NCBI GenBank assembly: GCA_963674865.2
Contig: CAXXYE010000007.1
Span: 128,001-192,000 of the forward strand
Direction: 5' to 3'
Source: Candidatus Hydrogenedentota bacterium
GTDB taxonomy: Bacteria > Hydrogenedentota > Hydrogenedentia > Hydrogenedentales > SLHB01
Length of the DNA: 64,000 nt
Position 1 is the stretch's first letter, and the number at the start of each line of letters is the position of its first letter. This document shows, one piece after another, positions 35,326 to 44,485 of the stretch. A program made the position numbers and the translations under genes. The notes below the pieces were generated by a model that had not been told where the DNA came from, searched no databases, and saw only the letters and a list, made by a program, of their open reading frames with translations.

Positions 35326-36138
35326 ATGAGTCAACCTTCCGAAGTCCGCTATGAACGCCTTCGCCCCGCACAGATTGCTGAAGCACGCGAAGCGGCGCCT
35401 GTGGCCTATCTCCCCATTGGTACCATCGAGTGGCACGGCGAACATAATCCCGTCGGACTGGACACCCTCAAGATTCACGCGCTCGCCATTCGATGTGCCC
35501 AGGAGACGGGCGGCCTTGTCTTCCCGCCGCTGTATTACGGCGAGAGCCGCGAGCAGGCCCTCATGGAGGCCAACGCCGAAGACCGCGACAAGATCCTGGG
35601 CAAGATGGGACTGTCCGTACACGACTTCGACCCCGGCTATATGGCGACAACACATCTCGAACAGGCCCTCGCCTACCAGCGTTTGCTGCTGCATATCCTG
35701 TTGGAAATCAGAAGCCTCGGTTTCAAAGTCATCGCCATTGCCGCGGGCCACTACCCGCTTCTCGACCACGCCCGCGCCGCCGCCAGCCTGTTTCACCAAC
35801 TGACGGGCGCGCCCAAGGCCATCACCTGGGCCTTCACCGGATGCGACTTGGTTCGGGACGCGGGCCTCGAGGTCTGCGGCGACCACGCCGGAAGGTGGGA
35901 GACCTCGCTGCTCATGGCCCTCGATCCCGGTATGCAGGATCTGGCCGTATTCGAGGGCCGATCCGAGCCTCCTATCGGCGCCTCCGACAACGGCATCATC
36001 GAGTCCTCCGCCGAATTCGGCGAGCGCGCCATTGACGCCATCGTCGAACGTGTCGGCCGGCGAGTCAACTACCTTCTCCAGAACCATGGCCGCTACCAAG
36101 GCCATGGCGCGCCCCTTTTCACGGGGGATCTCCCCTAG
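35326..36138 (+). CDS. Creatininase family protein
   Basis: LPIGTIEWHGEHNPVGLDT, AGHY, DHAGRWETSLLMALDP. Confidence 0.88.
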   Translation: MSQPSEVRYERLRPAQIAEAREAAPVAYLPIGTIEWHGEHNPVGLDTLKIHALAIRCAQETGGLVFPPLYYGESREQALMEANAEDRDKILGKMGLSVHDFDPGYMATTHLEQALAYQRLLLHILLEIRSLGFKVIAIAAGHYPLLDHARAAASLFHQLTGAPKAITWAFTGCDLVRDAGLEVCGDHAGRWETSLLMALDPGMQDLAVFEGRSEPPIGASDNGIIESSAEFGERAIDAIVERVGRRVNYLLQNHGRYQGHGAPLFTGDLP

Positions 36139-36173
36139 CGCCGTCATCCTGCCGGGAAGGTAGCCGGCGAGCC

Positions 36174-36867
36174 ATCTGCGTGCCTCCGCGCTCTCCGCAC
36201 CTCTGCGTTCAAGATTCTCCAACGGCGAGCCACAGACTCGTCAGCACTTCTCGAGCCTACCCTCCCCATCCTGTGAATCCCGTCAGAATAGAGAAGTGCC
36301 CTCTCATCAATCCCCATCTGCGTTCATCAGTGTTCATCTGTGGCCACAGACATATACGGCCACTTATCCCAGCCACCACACCTCGATGTGATATCCACGG
36401 TGCCCTCTGGGCGTCTCCGCGATCGCCGCGCCTCCGCGTTCACAATCCCCCAATCCCTAACCGCAGGCCCCGCAAGACGCTCCCGCTCCATCCTCTCAGT
36501 CCTGTCAATGCCGTCAAAAAAGCCAACCCCCATCTGCGTTCATCGCTATCCATCCGCGGCTATACACACCAAGACCATCTCGGGATCTTCCTCTGAGATC
36601 TGCCATCTCAAATCCGCAATTCCCCTATCCCATCCCGTCAATCCCGTTAATCTCGTCAGAAAGAAAAACACTGCGGTTCATCCCCTGGGCTCCCCCTCTG
36701 CGCGGCTCCGCGATCTCCGCTCCTCTGCGTTCAGAATCGTCCAACGCCGGGCCACAGAGACCGCAGGACTTCCCCAATCCATCCTCTTAATCCTGTGAAT
36801 CCCGTCGAAATAGGGAAGTGCCCCCTTCATCAATCCCCATCCGCGTTCATCTGTGTTCATCTATGGC
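36174..36867 (+). repeat. Array of composite three-module repeats (3 full copies + 1 partial)
   Basis: Units ~36174-36345, 36404-36562, 36695-36867 (partial 36625-36665): CTCYGCG repeats, linker, ATCCYGT repeats, linker, ATCYGYGTTC repeats. Confidence 0.8.
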
Positions 36868-37029
36868 TCCCCGCTCCCACTTCCCCTTTCTTGCCGCTCA
36901 AGCGTCTATAACGAGCAGAAACACACAGAAGGCATAACCAACCATCACGAGGAGCGCGACTGTGATCCCAGCCCCGCCGAGGCCACGGCCCGTTCCCTCC
37001 TACGCCGTGAGAAGGTACCTGCGCTCCGT

Positions 37030-37121
37030 CGCCCGCCGCGGCGGGCGGCATGCTATAGCCCACGGCGTGAGCCGTGGGAAAAGCGCCCCCCTCGCCGCAC
37101 AGCCCCGTCAGGGGCGGCATA
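37030..37121. repeat. Triple-hairpin REP/MITE-like element
   Basis: Perfect palindrome CGCCCGCCGCGGCGGGCG; CCCACGGC-GTGA-GCCGTGGG; GCCCC-GTCA-GGGGC. Confidence 0.65.
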
Positions 37122-37169
37122 CGGCTCTTCGTACACGTCGCGCTGCCGGCGTCGCCGCGCGCGTATGTA

Positions 37170-37198
37170 TTGACCACGTCACCTATCCGTCCTATACT
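37170..37198 (+). promoter_or_regulatory. sigma70-type promoter
   Basis: TTGACC-N17-TATACT, ~170 bp upstream of ATG 37372. Confidence 0.6.
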
Positions 37199-37371
37199 CG
37201 CGTATGTGTGCCGCCGTCGACGGGCAAGCACTGTCGCGGCTGCGCGGACAACCGGGGCGTTCCGGCGGGAAGACATGATCAACGACACGGACAAACCATG
37301 AGCTTATCGGGCCCATTCGCTTCTACTGGACGCTCACACAGAGGCACGGGATACCGGGGGAGGTATAAATT

Positions 37372-39567
37372 ATGAGATGGTGGGCTCTAGCGTTCGTAGC
37401 GACGCTGCTCTTGGGGACGACGGCTTCTGCGGCAGTCTGGTATGTCGATAAGGACAACACGTCTAGTGTCGAGGACGGCACATCCTGGGCCACGGCATTC
37501 AGCACGATACAACCAGCCATCGATGCGGCCTTTGATGACGGCGGAGGTGAGGTATGGGTAGCCGAAGGTGTGTACGACGAGGCGCGGACATCGCTGGTTC
37601 ACGATCCCGAAGTTGATACGGGATCACTCCTGATGAAGGAAGACGTGGCCATCTACGGCGGATTCTCAGGTTCGGAGGACAGCCGCGATCAGCGAGACTG
37701 GGACATCCACGAAACCGTCATTGACGGCTCAACATCACGTTCTGGTGAACCGGCCTATCATGTGGTCGTCAGTGCTCGAGAATCTGTCCTCGATGGCTTC
37801 GTGGTAGAGGGCGGAGATGCAAACGACAGGATAGTAGACGCCGGCGGCGGACTTTGGGCAGAGGTAGCCTTGTTCACGTGTAGGAACTGCCTGTTCAGGC
37901 AGAACTATGCCGACTCCGGGGGCGCGGCTTGTTGTAGCAGCGACTCTGATGTCACTTTCGTGGACTGTCAATTTGAATCTAATTCGGCAGATGCGGGAGG
38001 CGCTATCGCGGGCACGAGAGTAACTGTGAATTCATGCGTCTTCGAGGGCAACTCCGCCACCTCAGGTGGCGCCATACGCTGCAGAGGTTACAGTTCGCTC
38101 ATAGATCGCTGTGTCTTCCTTAACAACGAGGCCCAAAACGGTGGCGCTATCTCCGCGTTCGGGGGCCACGCGATGGTTCTTGCATGCGTCTTTCACGGCA
38201 ACCGGGTCCTTGAAGAGGCGGGCACGGAGGGGTTCGGTGGGGCAGCGGCGGTGGCCTATGCCGACATGACGCTGAAGAACTGCGTTTTCGCTGCCAATTC
38301 CAGCGACGGAGACGGCGGGGCCGTCGGGGCGACGGGCACGTACCTCAGCGAAGGGCCAGCGTGGACGACCTCCGTGCACCTGACGAGCTGCACCTTCTAC
38401 GGCAACACGGCGGCCAATGCGGGCGGGGCGTTGCGGCTGGATGAGGTGGAGTATGACGTGCGCAATTGCATCTTCTGGGGCGACACGCCCGACGAGATCG
38501 TCGTGTCCGGCAACGGCACAGGCTCGGTGACGTACTCCCTGGTGGAGGGCGGGCACACGGGCGAGGGCAATCTATCCGAGCCGCCCCTGTTCGTAGACGA
38601 GGCCAACGGTGATTTCCACCTCAGAACCGCCTCGCCCGCCATCGACACGGGAACGGACGAAGACGTCCCCGACGTGGATCTCGACGGCGTCGCCCGGCCT
38701 CAGGGCGACGGCTTCGACATGGGCGCCTACGAGTACGACGGCCCCCCGGCGTTCATTCTGACGGTGGCCATCGAGGGGCAGGGCGAGGTGGATCCCGCCC
38801 CAGGCGAACACACCTACGCCGAAAACGACCTCGTCACGCTTGAGGCCACGGCGGCCGATGGCTGGCAATTCGATCATTGGGAAGGCGCCATCGCCGGTTC
38901 GGCCAATCCCACCAACATCAGGATCGCCGCCGATGCCACCGTGACGGCCGTATTCACCGAGATCCCCATCTTCACGCTCACCGTCGCCGTGGCGGGCCAG
39001 GGAGACGTGGAACCGCCTCCCGGCCAGTATTCCCACGCTCAAGATGACGTAGTGACACTCGAAGCCACCCCCGCCGACGGCTGGCTCTTTGATCATTGGG
39101 AAGGCGCTTTGACAGGCTCAACCAATCCAGTCGGCCTCACCATCACGGCTGACGCTACGGTTACGGCGGTGTTCATCGAGATTCCCACGTTCATCCTCAC
39201 CATCTCCGTCCAAGGGCAGGGAGACGTGGATCCGGCCCCCGGCGAACACACCTACACCGAGAATGATGTCGTCACTATCGAAGCTACCGCGGCCGACGGC
39301 TGGTTATTCGATCACTGGGAAGGCGCTTTGACAGGCTCATTCAATCCGGTAGACTTCACCATTACCGAGGATGCTGCCGTCACGGCCGTATTCGAGCGCA
39401 TTTGCCCGCTCCCCTACGGCTGCGCCGGAGCCGCCGGGATGCTGAATGCCGCCCCTCGTGCCTCCGCGTCAGCCGATGTCCTTTGCCTTGCCCTCATGCC
39501 CCTGGCCCTGATCCTCTTCGCGTATAGACGCCGGATAACGCCCGTCTGCCGCTACCATCGCTCGTGA
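37372..39567 (+). CDS. Surface protein: parallel beta-helix (choice-of-anchor Q-like) + 3 InlB B-repeat-like domains + C-terminal anchor
   Basis: Signal peptide, YVDKDN...DGTSWATAF, repeated F..N.A..GGA, SPAIDTG...DMGAYE, three 73-aa repeats, GC...TM-RRR tail; GGAGG RBS. Confidence 0.88.
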   Translation: MRWWALAFVATLLLGTTASAAVWYVDKDNTSSVEDGTSWATAFSTIQPAIDAAFDDGGGEVWVAEGVYDEARTSLVHDPEVDTGSLLMKEDVAIYGGFSGSEDSRDQRDWDIHETVIDGSTSRSGEPAYHVVVSARESVLDGFVVEGGDANDRIVDAGGGLWAEVALFTCRNCLFRQNYADSGGAACCSSDSDVTFVDCQFESNSADAGGAIAGTRVTVNSCVFEGNSATSGGAIRCRGYSSLIDRCVFLNNEAQNGGAISAFGGHAMVLACVFHGNRVLEEAGTEGFGGAAAVAYADMTLKNCVFAANSSDGDGGAVGATGTYLSEGPAWTTSVHLTSCTFYGNTAANAGGALRLDEVEYDVRNCIFWGDTPDEIVVSGNGTGSVTYSLVEGGHTGEGNLSEPPLFVDEANGDFHLRTASPAIDTGTDEDVPDVDLDGVARPQGDGFDMGAYEYDGPPAFILTVAIEGQGEVDPAPGEHTYAENDLVTLEATAADGWQFDHWEGAIAGSANPTNIRIAADATVTAVFTEIPIFTLTVAVAGQGDVEPPPGQYSHAQDDVVTLEATPADGWLFDHWEGALTGSTNPVGLTITADATVTAVFIEIPTFILTISVQGQGDVDPAPGEHTYTENDVVTIEATAADGWLFDHWEGALTGSFNPVDFTITEDAAVTAVFERICPLPYGCAGAAGMLNAAPRASASADVLCLALMPLALILFAYRRRITPVCRYHRS
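38752..39396 (+). repeat. Three intragenic 219-bp tandem domain repeats
   Basis: Starts at 38752, 38971, 39190; each F.LT....GQG.V.P.PG......VT.EAT.ADGW.FDHWEGA..GS.NP. Confidence 0.9.
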
Positions 39568-39607
39568 CAAAGCTCGTCCGATATATACCGCCGAGATCGC
39601 TCCGGTT

Positions 39608-39890
39608 GTGGCACCGGCATCTTGCCGGCTTCGGTATCGCGTTCCCTCGGGATCGAGCCCGCGTGGGCGTGTTGGCGGGGCTTGCGCGAGGCTTGGGTGT
39701 TTTCAAGCTGAAGCTTGAACTCCAAACGCGTCTCGGGTGATGGGTTTGATTGGCCGGACGGGACTTGGTGCGTCGGCGGTCACGCAGGAGCGTGACCCTC
39801 CCATGTGGCGCCCCTCCAGGGCTTAAGAGACGGAGGCCACAAGATCCCGGCGCGTTGCGCCGGGCTGGTATGCACGGCCCTTTCAGGGCC
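39608..39890. repeat. REP-like palindromes downstream of the surface-protein gene
   Basis: GTGGCACCGGCATCTTGCCGG; GCAGGAGCGTGACCCTCCCA (identical copy at 40171); CCCGGCGC-GTT-GCGCCGGG; GGCCCT-TTC-AGGGCC. Confidence 0.65.
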
Positions 39891-39916
39891 GGGATTCGGC
39901 CGCTGCACGCCTCGCC

Positions 39917-40398
39917 CCTCGGCGTTCTCCGCTGCTCTGCGTTCAGGATTCTCCAACGCCGAGCCACAGACGTGTCTTCGCGATCCCATCTTCCCAATCC
40001 CGTTAATCCTGTCAGAAAAGCCAGTTCCCATCCGTGTTCATCCGTGTTCATCTGTGGCTACACAACTGCACAGCCATTTGTGCCGGACGCTTGGCCCCTG
40101 GTGATGTCTGCGACCTTTGCAAGGCCGGGATTCAGCCGGGAGGGACGCGGTCCTCCGCGTCCGTGGTCATGCAGGAGCGTGACCCTCCCACGACGCCCCT
40201 AACAGCCCCCGACGGCCGTTCCATTATCGCTCCCCCTCTGCGTACCTCTGCGCTCTCCGCTCCTCGGCGTTCAGAATTCTCCAGCCCCGAGCGGCAACGC
40301 CCGCAGGACTTCCCCCATCCATCCTCTTAATCCTGTAAGTCCCGTCAAAATAAAGAAATGCCCCCACGATCAATCCGCATCGGTGTTCATCGGTGGCC
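39917..40398 (+). repeat. Two further composite three-module repeats separated by a REP-like doublet
   Basis: Units ~39917-40058 and 40235-40398 share module order and linkers (TTCAG(G/A)ATTCTCCA) with the 36.2-36.9 kb array. Confidence 0.8.
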
Positions 40399-40545
40399 AC
40401 ATACGTGCAGGCCCGCTTGCAACTGCCGCTGCCTCGGATTTGCATATAAGGAATGTCGCCTCAGGCGCCGAGTTCGAGTTGCGCACTCGGGACGCATTCG
40501 ATACTCTGGTGTGTGCCTACCGTCATTACTGGGAGGAGAACCGCC

Positions 40546-40887
40546 ATGGCCGAAGATTGTCTTTTCTGCAAGATCATCGCCGGCGAGATTCCATCGACCG
40601 AGGTCTACTCGGATGATGAGTTCTACGCCTTCCGCGATATCAATCCCGGCGCACCGACCCACGTGCTCGTCATTCCGCGCCAACACGTGGCCAGGATAAC
40701 GGACGCCGAGGATCCTGAACTCATCGGGAAGCTTGTGTTGTGCGCAAACAAGATCGCCAAACAGGAAGGACTCACGGAGAAAGGCTTCCGGTACGTCATC
40801 AACTGCGATGAGTGGGGAGGGCAAACCGTCTTCCACATCCATCTGCACATCCTGGGCGGCCGGCCGCTCGCCTGGCCTCCGGGCTGA
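40546..40887 (+). CDS. hinT: Histidine triad nucleotide-binding protein
   Basis: DCLFCKII, FRDINPGAPTHVLVIP, GQTVFHIHLHILGG; GGAGG RBS. Confidence 0.95.
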   Translation: MAEDCLFCKIIAGEIPSTEVYSDDEFYAFRDINPGAPTHVLVIPRQHVARITDAEDPELIGKLVLCANKIAKQEGLTEKGFRYVINCDEWGGQTVFHIHLHILGGRPLAWPPG

Positions 40888-40920
40888 TCGACAGACGCTC
40901 CATTCGGGAGGGATTCCGCT

Positions 40921-41805
40921 ATGCAAGATATGCGCGTTGCCGCCGTATCGACCCGCAACCGCATCGGCCAGCCCGTACGTGCCATCAGCGACATGACGCG
41001 CTGGGGCGAGAAGGCCCGCGAACGCGGCGCCGAGTTCATCCTCTTTCCCGAACTCAACGTGAGTGGCTACTTCCATTCCACCGAAGCCCTCCGCTTCTCC
41101 GAGCCCATCCCGGGCCCGTCCACTGAGGCTCTCGTCGACCTAGCCGCGCGCCTTGACGCCATCCTCTGCTTCGGCATCCTCGAGAACGAGGCCGATATCG
41201 CTTACAACACCCAGGTAGTCGTGAACGGCGGCGGCATTCTCGGCAAGCAGCGCAAGATTCACATGCCCGGCGTCGAGTATCTGTATTGGCGTGGCGGCTT
41301 CTCCATCGAGCCCATCGACGTAGGTAAGGCGCGCATCGGCATCGCCATCTGCTTCGACTCGCTCTTCATGGAGCAGGCCCGCACCCTGTTTCTCAAAGGC
41401 GCCGAGATTCTCGTTATGCCCTTCGCCTACGACACGAAAGGGCCTCGCAAGAACGCCCCCGAGCGTGATGTATCCGTCATGTCCTATCGAGTCAATTGCC
41501 ACTCCAACGGCTTCTTCGGCATCGTGGCCAACAACGCCGGCAGCCGGCGCAAGACGCAGCAGGAAGGCAGCAAGATCCGCTTTCCCGGCTGGGCGGGCGT
41601 CTTCGATCCCAACGGCGAAGTCATGGCGTGGACGAAGGGCCCGGGGAATGGCGAGGCCATGGTGGTCGCCGACCTCAAGGCTGAACGCCTCTACAACCGA
41701 CGCCGCAGCAGCTACTTCACACCGCGCTCGCTGCGGCCCTCCTGTTACGCCGCCATTACCGACGGAGAGCAGACGGGACGTTGCGAAGACCGGCGTGAGG
41801 CTTAG
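40921..41805 (+). CDS. Carbon-nitrogen hydrolase (nitrilase superfamily)
   Basis: E-K-C triad: LFPELNVSGY, QRKIH, GIAICFD. Confidence 0.9.
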   Translation: MQDMRVAAVSTRNRIGQPVRAISDMTRWGEKARERGAEFILFPELNVSGYFHSTEALRFSEPIPGPSTEALVDLAARLDAILCFGILENEADIAYNTQVVVNGGGILGKQRKIHMPGVEYLYWRGGFSIEPIDVGKARIGIAICFDSLFMEQARTLFLKGAEILVMPFAYDTKGPRKNAPERDVSVMSYRVNCHSNGFFGIVANNAGSRRKTQQEGSKIRFPGWAGVFDPNGEVMAWTKGPGNGEAMVVADLKAERLYNRRRSSYFTPRSLRPSCYAAITDGEQTGRCEDRREA

Positions 41806-42025
41806 GCTGTGTCTGAAGACTCGATTCTCCACCGACGGACAGGCCCGTTCATCGCGCGTCCAGTCGGGACCTCCATTGTGCCGGACAGAATCAGGCACAG
41901 CCTGCCGGGAGCGCCGCCTTCTCAGGCGGAACCTGGGCGTTCGCGCGTAGAACGCCATTGCCCGTCCCCGCGCTGTGCTCTATACTGGGGAAGGTAGATG
42001 AGCGAGGACTGGAAGGATTGACCTG

Positions 42026-42886
42026 ATGCGGCGGATAGACTCGGCGACAAAGCTTTGCGCGGTCATTGGAAATCCCGTTGAGCATTCGCTCTCTCCGCTC
42101 ATCCACAATGCCGGATTCGAAGCGAGAGGCCTCGATTTCGTCTACCTCGCGTTCCGCGTCTCCGATGTGGCCTCCTGTCTCACCGGTATGCGGGCCCTGC
42201 CGTCTTTCCGCGGAATGAGCGTCACCATTCCTCACAAGATGGCCGTCATGGAGCACCTCGACGAGATTGAGCCCATGGCCCGCCACGTCGGCTGCGTCAA
42301 CACCATCACCAATGACAACGGCAGGTTGATAGGCTCCACCACGGATGGCCCCGGGACCCTTCGCGCCTTTGAGGAGGCAGGAGTCTCGCTGGATGCCAAG
42401 AAGGTGCTCTTCATCGGCTCCGGGGGCGCGGTTCGGGCCGTTGCCTTCGCCGTAGCCGAACTCACCGGCGCCAGCCGCATCACCCTGATAGGGCGGACCC
42501 CGGAGCGTGTTCAGGCTATCGTTGACGACCTACAGGCCAAGACCGAGGCCCAGGTCGCATCCCTACTTTTGCCCGACGATCTGCCCGATGCCATGGATTC
42601 CCACGACATCATCATTCAAGGTACGCCCGTCGGGATGTTTCCCAACCCGGACGGGTCCTGCATTCCCAAAGACCTGCTTCGGCCGGGCCACACCGTGTTC
42701 GACATGGTCTACCGCCCCCACAGAACGCGCCTGATTCAGGAGGCAGAGGCCATCGGTTGCAAGACTATCGTCGGCATTGAAATGCTCGTTAACCAGGCAG
42801 TACTCCAATTTGAGCGCTGGACGGGACTGGCGGCGCCGCGCTGCGCCATGCATGACGCGGCCGTCAGTGCTTTGACGCGGAGCTAA
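42026..42886 (+). CDS. aroE: Shikimate dehydrogenase
   Basis: IGNPVEHSLSPLIHN, SVTIPHK, VNT, GSGGAVRA, DMVYRP, GIEMLVNQA. Confidence 0.95.
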   Translation: MRRIDSATKLCAVIGNPVEHSLSPLIHNAGFEARGLDFVYLAFRVSDVASCLTGMRALPSFRGMSVTIPHKMAVMEHLDEIEPMARHVGCVNTITNDNGRLIGSTTDGPGTLRAFEEAGVSLDAKKVLFIGSGGAVRAVAFAVAELTGASRITLIGRTPERVQAIVDDLQAKTEAQVASLLLPDDLPDAMDSHDIIIQGTPVGMFPNPDGSCIPKDLLRPGHTVFDMVYRPHRTRLIQEAEAIGCKTIVGIEMLVNQAVLQFERWTGLAAPRCAMHDAAVSALTRS

Positions 42887-42910
42887 CGAGAACAAAAGGG
42901 AGGGGGAAGT

Positions 42911-43096
42911 ATGCGAGTACAGACGTTTCTCGGGAAAGTCGACGTGGAATCATTGCACCAAACCGATGAGCACATCAACGAATGGCTCAAGGCCCACCAG
43001 GCCGAGGTTAAGCTTGTTTCACAGTGTTTTGGATATGAGCGTAATCACGAAGGGGCGTGCCAAGACCCCGTTGTTGTTACCTCGATCTGGTATTGA
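42911..43096 (+). CDS. Small hypothetical protein
   Basis: 61 aa with strong RBS (GGAGGGGG), 24 bp after aroE; globular-looking sequence. Confidence 0.6.
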   Translation: MRVQTFLGKVDVESLHQTDEHINEWLKAHQAEVKLVSQCFGYERNHEGACQDPVVVTSIWY

Positions 43097-43455
43097 CCTT
43101 CGTGGGGCGATGGCGCACCACGTATGAGCGTCTAGCAATGCACCAGTACCGGACATACGGCGCTCCGGGCCGGCATCGCCTCATGCGAGCGGCTCTCCAA
43201 GTCCGGGCCATGGCTCAGTCGGTGCTCGCGGCCGGCTACCCGGAGCGTAGCGCCGCGGGCAACCTGACCGCGCTGTGTATCGCCGCAGCCGTCGGGCAAT
43301 TCGGCCGTGCCGCGCACTCGGCGCTTCTAACCGACTTCATCTCTTGAGGCATACTCACCCATTAGGTTAAGCCGCTCATCTTGGCAATGCCTTTGCCTCT
43401 AATGACTTGACGCGCGGCAAATTGGCAACCCGGTCACCGGGATATCGCTTGTGGC

Positions 43456-43484
43456 TTGAGGAGGTTAGCCAAGGGTGTTACAAT
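43456..43484 (+). promoter_or_regulatory. sigma70-type promoter with extended -10
   Basis: TTGAGG-N17-TACAAT preceded by TGn, ~90 bp upstream of ATG 43575. Confidence 0.55.
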
Positions 43485-43574
43485 GTTTATAGAGTTTTCT
43501 GTCTTTCGTATCTATAGCGACCTGTGCCGAGGCAGGGAGCGTTCCCTCGCTCGCACTAGAGAGGTTTCGGCCCG

Positions 43575-44405
43575 ATGATTCTGACGAAATACATTACGAA
43601 ATCCTGCATCATCCCAGAACTGGATGCTACCAACAAACCCGACGCGCTCAAGGAATTGACGCATCTTCTGTTCGACAAGAAGAAGATGAAGAGTGTCGGC
43701 ACCGCCCTCGACCAGGTCATGGCCCGCGAAGTCACGGAAAGCACGGGAATCGGTAAGGGAATCGCCGTGCCCCATGCCCGTGTCCCAGGCATGAAGGGGC
43801 TCGCTTGCGCCGTGGCGCGTGTCTCCGATGGCCTCGATTTCATGGCCGTAGACCGCAAACCCGTCCATCTCATCTTCCTGATCTGCTATCCCCCGACGCA
43901 ACAGACGACCTACCTCAACTTTGTGGCAACCGTCGTCAAATTGCTCAGTGATGCCGAGCATCTGAAAGCCATGCTCACGGCCGAGTCCGCCGATGAGATG
44001 CTCGATATCCTGAAGGAAGCGTCCGAGAACTTTGCCGAACGTCAAGAACAGCATCCCAAGAAGCTCAAGACGGACCCGGAAGCGGTGAAGGCAGACGATG
44101 CCCACGCCGATGTTATCCTATTGGCGCGGCTTCAGTTATGTCAGGAGATACTCGCTGCGACGAAGTCCGGCAAGGCGCAGGTCCGCAAGCGGATCGAGAA
44201 TATCCGCGCCCTCGTCGACCCGCGCATCCTCAAGCATTATGATCGCTTGACGAAGAGCAGGGCGCCCGGTTTGGTACCCGTCGAGGGCGATACGTGCCAA
44301 GGGTGCTTCATGAGATTGCCCTCGAAGTTTGTTCAGGAAGTTCGCCAGGATCCGAATCACATCCACACGTGTCCGAACTGCAGTCGGTACATTTACGTGG
44401 TCTGA
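43575..44405 (+). CDS. PTS EIIA (Ntr/Fru-type) domain fused to C4 zinc ribbon (DUF164/zf-RING_7-like)
   Basis: REVTESTGIGKGIAVPHAR; C-terminal Y.RL...PVEGDTCQGCFMRLP...CPNCSRYIY. Confidence 0.88.
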   Translation: MILTKYITKSCIIPELDATNKPDALKELTHLLFDKKKMKSVGTALDQVMAREVTESTGIGKGIAVPHARVPGMKGLACAVARVSDGLDFMAVDRKPVHLIFLICYPPTQQTTYLNFVATVVKLLSDAEHLKAMLTAESADEMLDILKEASENFAERQEQHPKKLKTDPEAVKADDAHADVILLARLQLCQEILAATKSGKAQVRKRIENIRALVDPRILKHYDRLTKSRAPGLVPVEGDTCQGCFMRLPSKFVQEVRQDPNHIHTCPNCSRYIYVV

Positions 44406-44485
44406 CGTCTTTCAGCCGCCGTGCGGTGTGGAACGGCGCTGAGGCGAGACAGCGCGTAGAGGCTTCCAAAGGAAGGGTAGGTGCT

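Noticed and set aside
34897..36222. 441-aa minus-strand ORF
   Set aside because: Antisense to the creatininase gene and runs through REP-like repeats; no domain motifs
36180..37375. Short ORFs over the repeat region (e.g. 36327-36533 and 36678-36860 with NAEERR/MNTDE peptides)
   Set aside because: Similar peptides arise from translating the repeats; frames are not kept between copies and there is no convincing RBS
36174..40398. CRISPR array interpretation of the repeat clusters
   Set aside because: Units are long, degenerate and internally repetitive, with no identical 25-45 bp repeats at regular spacing and no cas genes in the window
39494..40445. ORFs across the second repeat cluster
   Set aside because: Repeat-derived, with no recognisable domain
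43057..43347. 96-aa ORF after the small aroE-linked gene
   Set aside because: No RBS or motif; could be a remnant but cannot be supported
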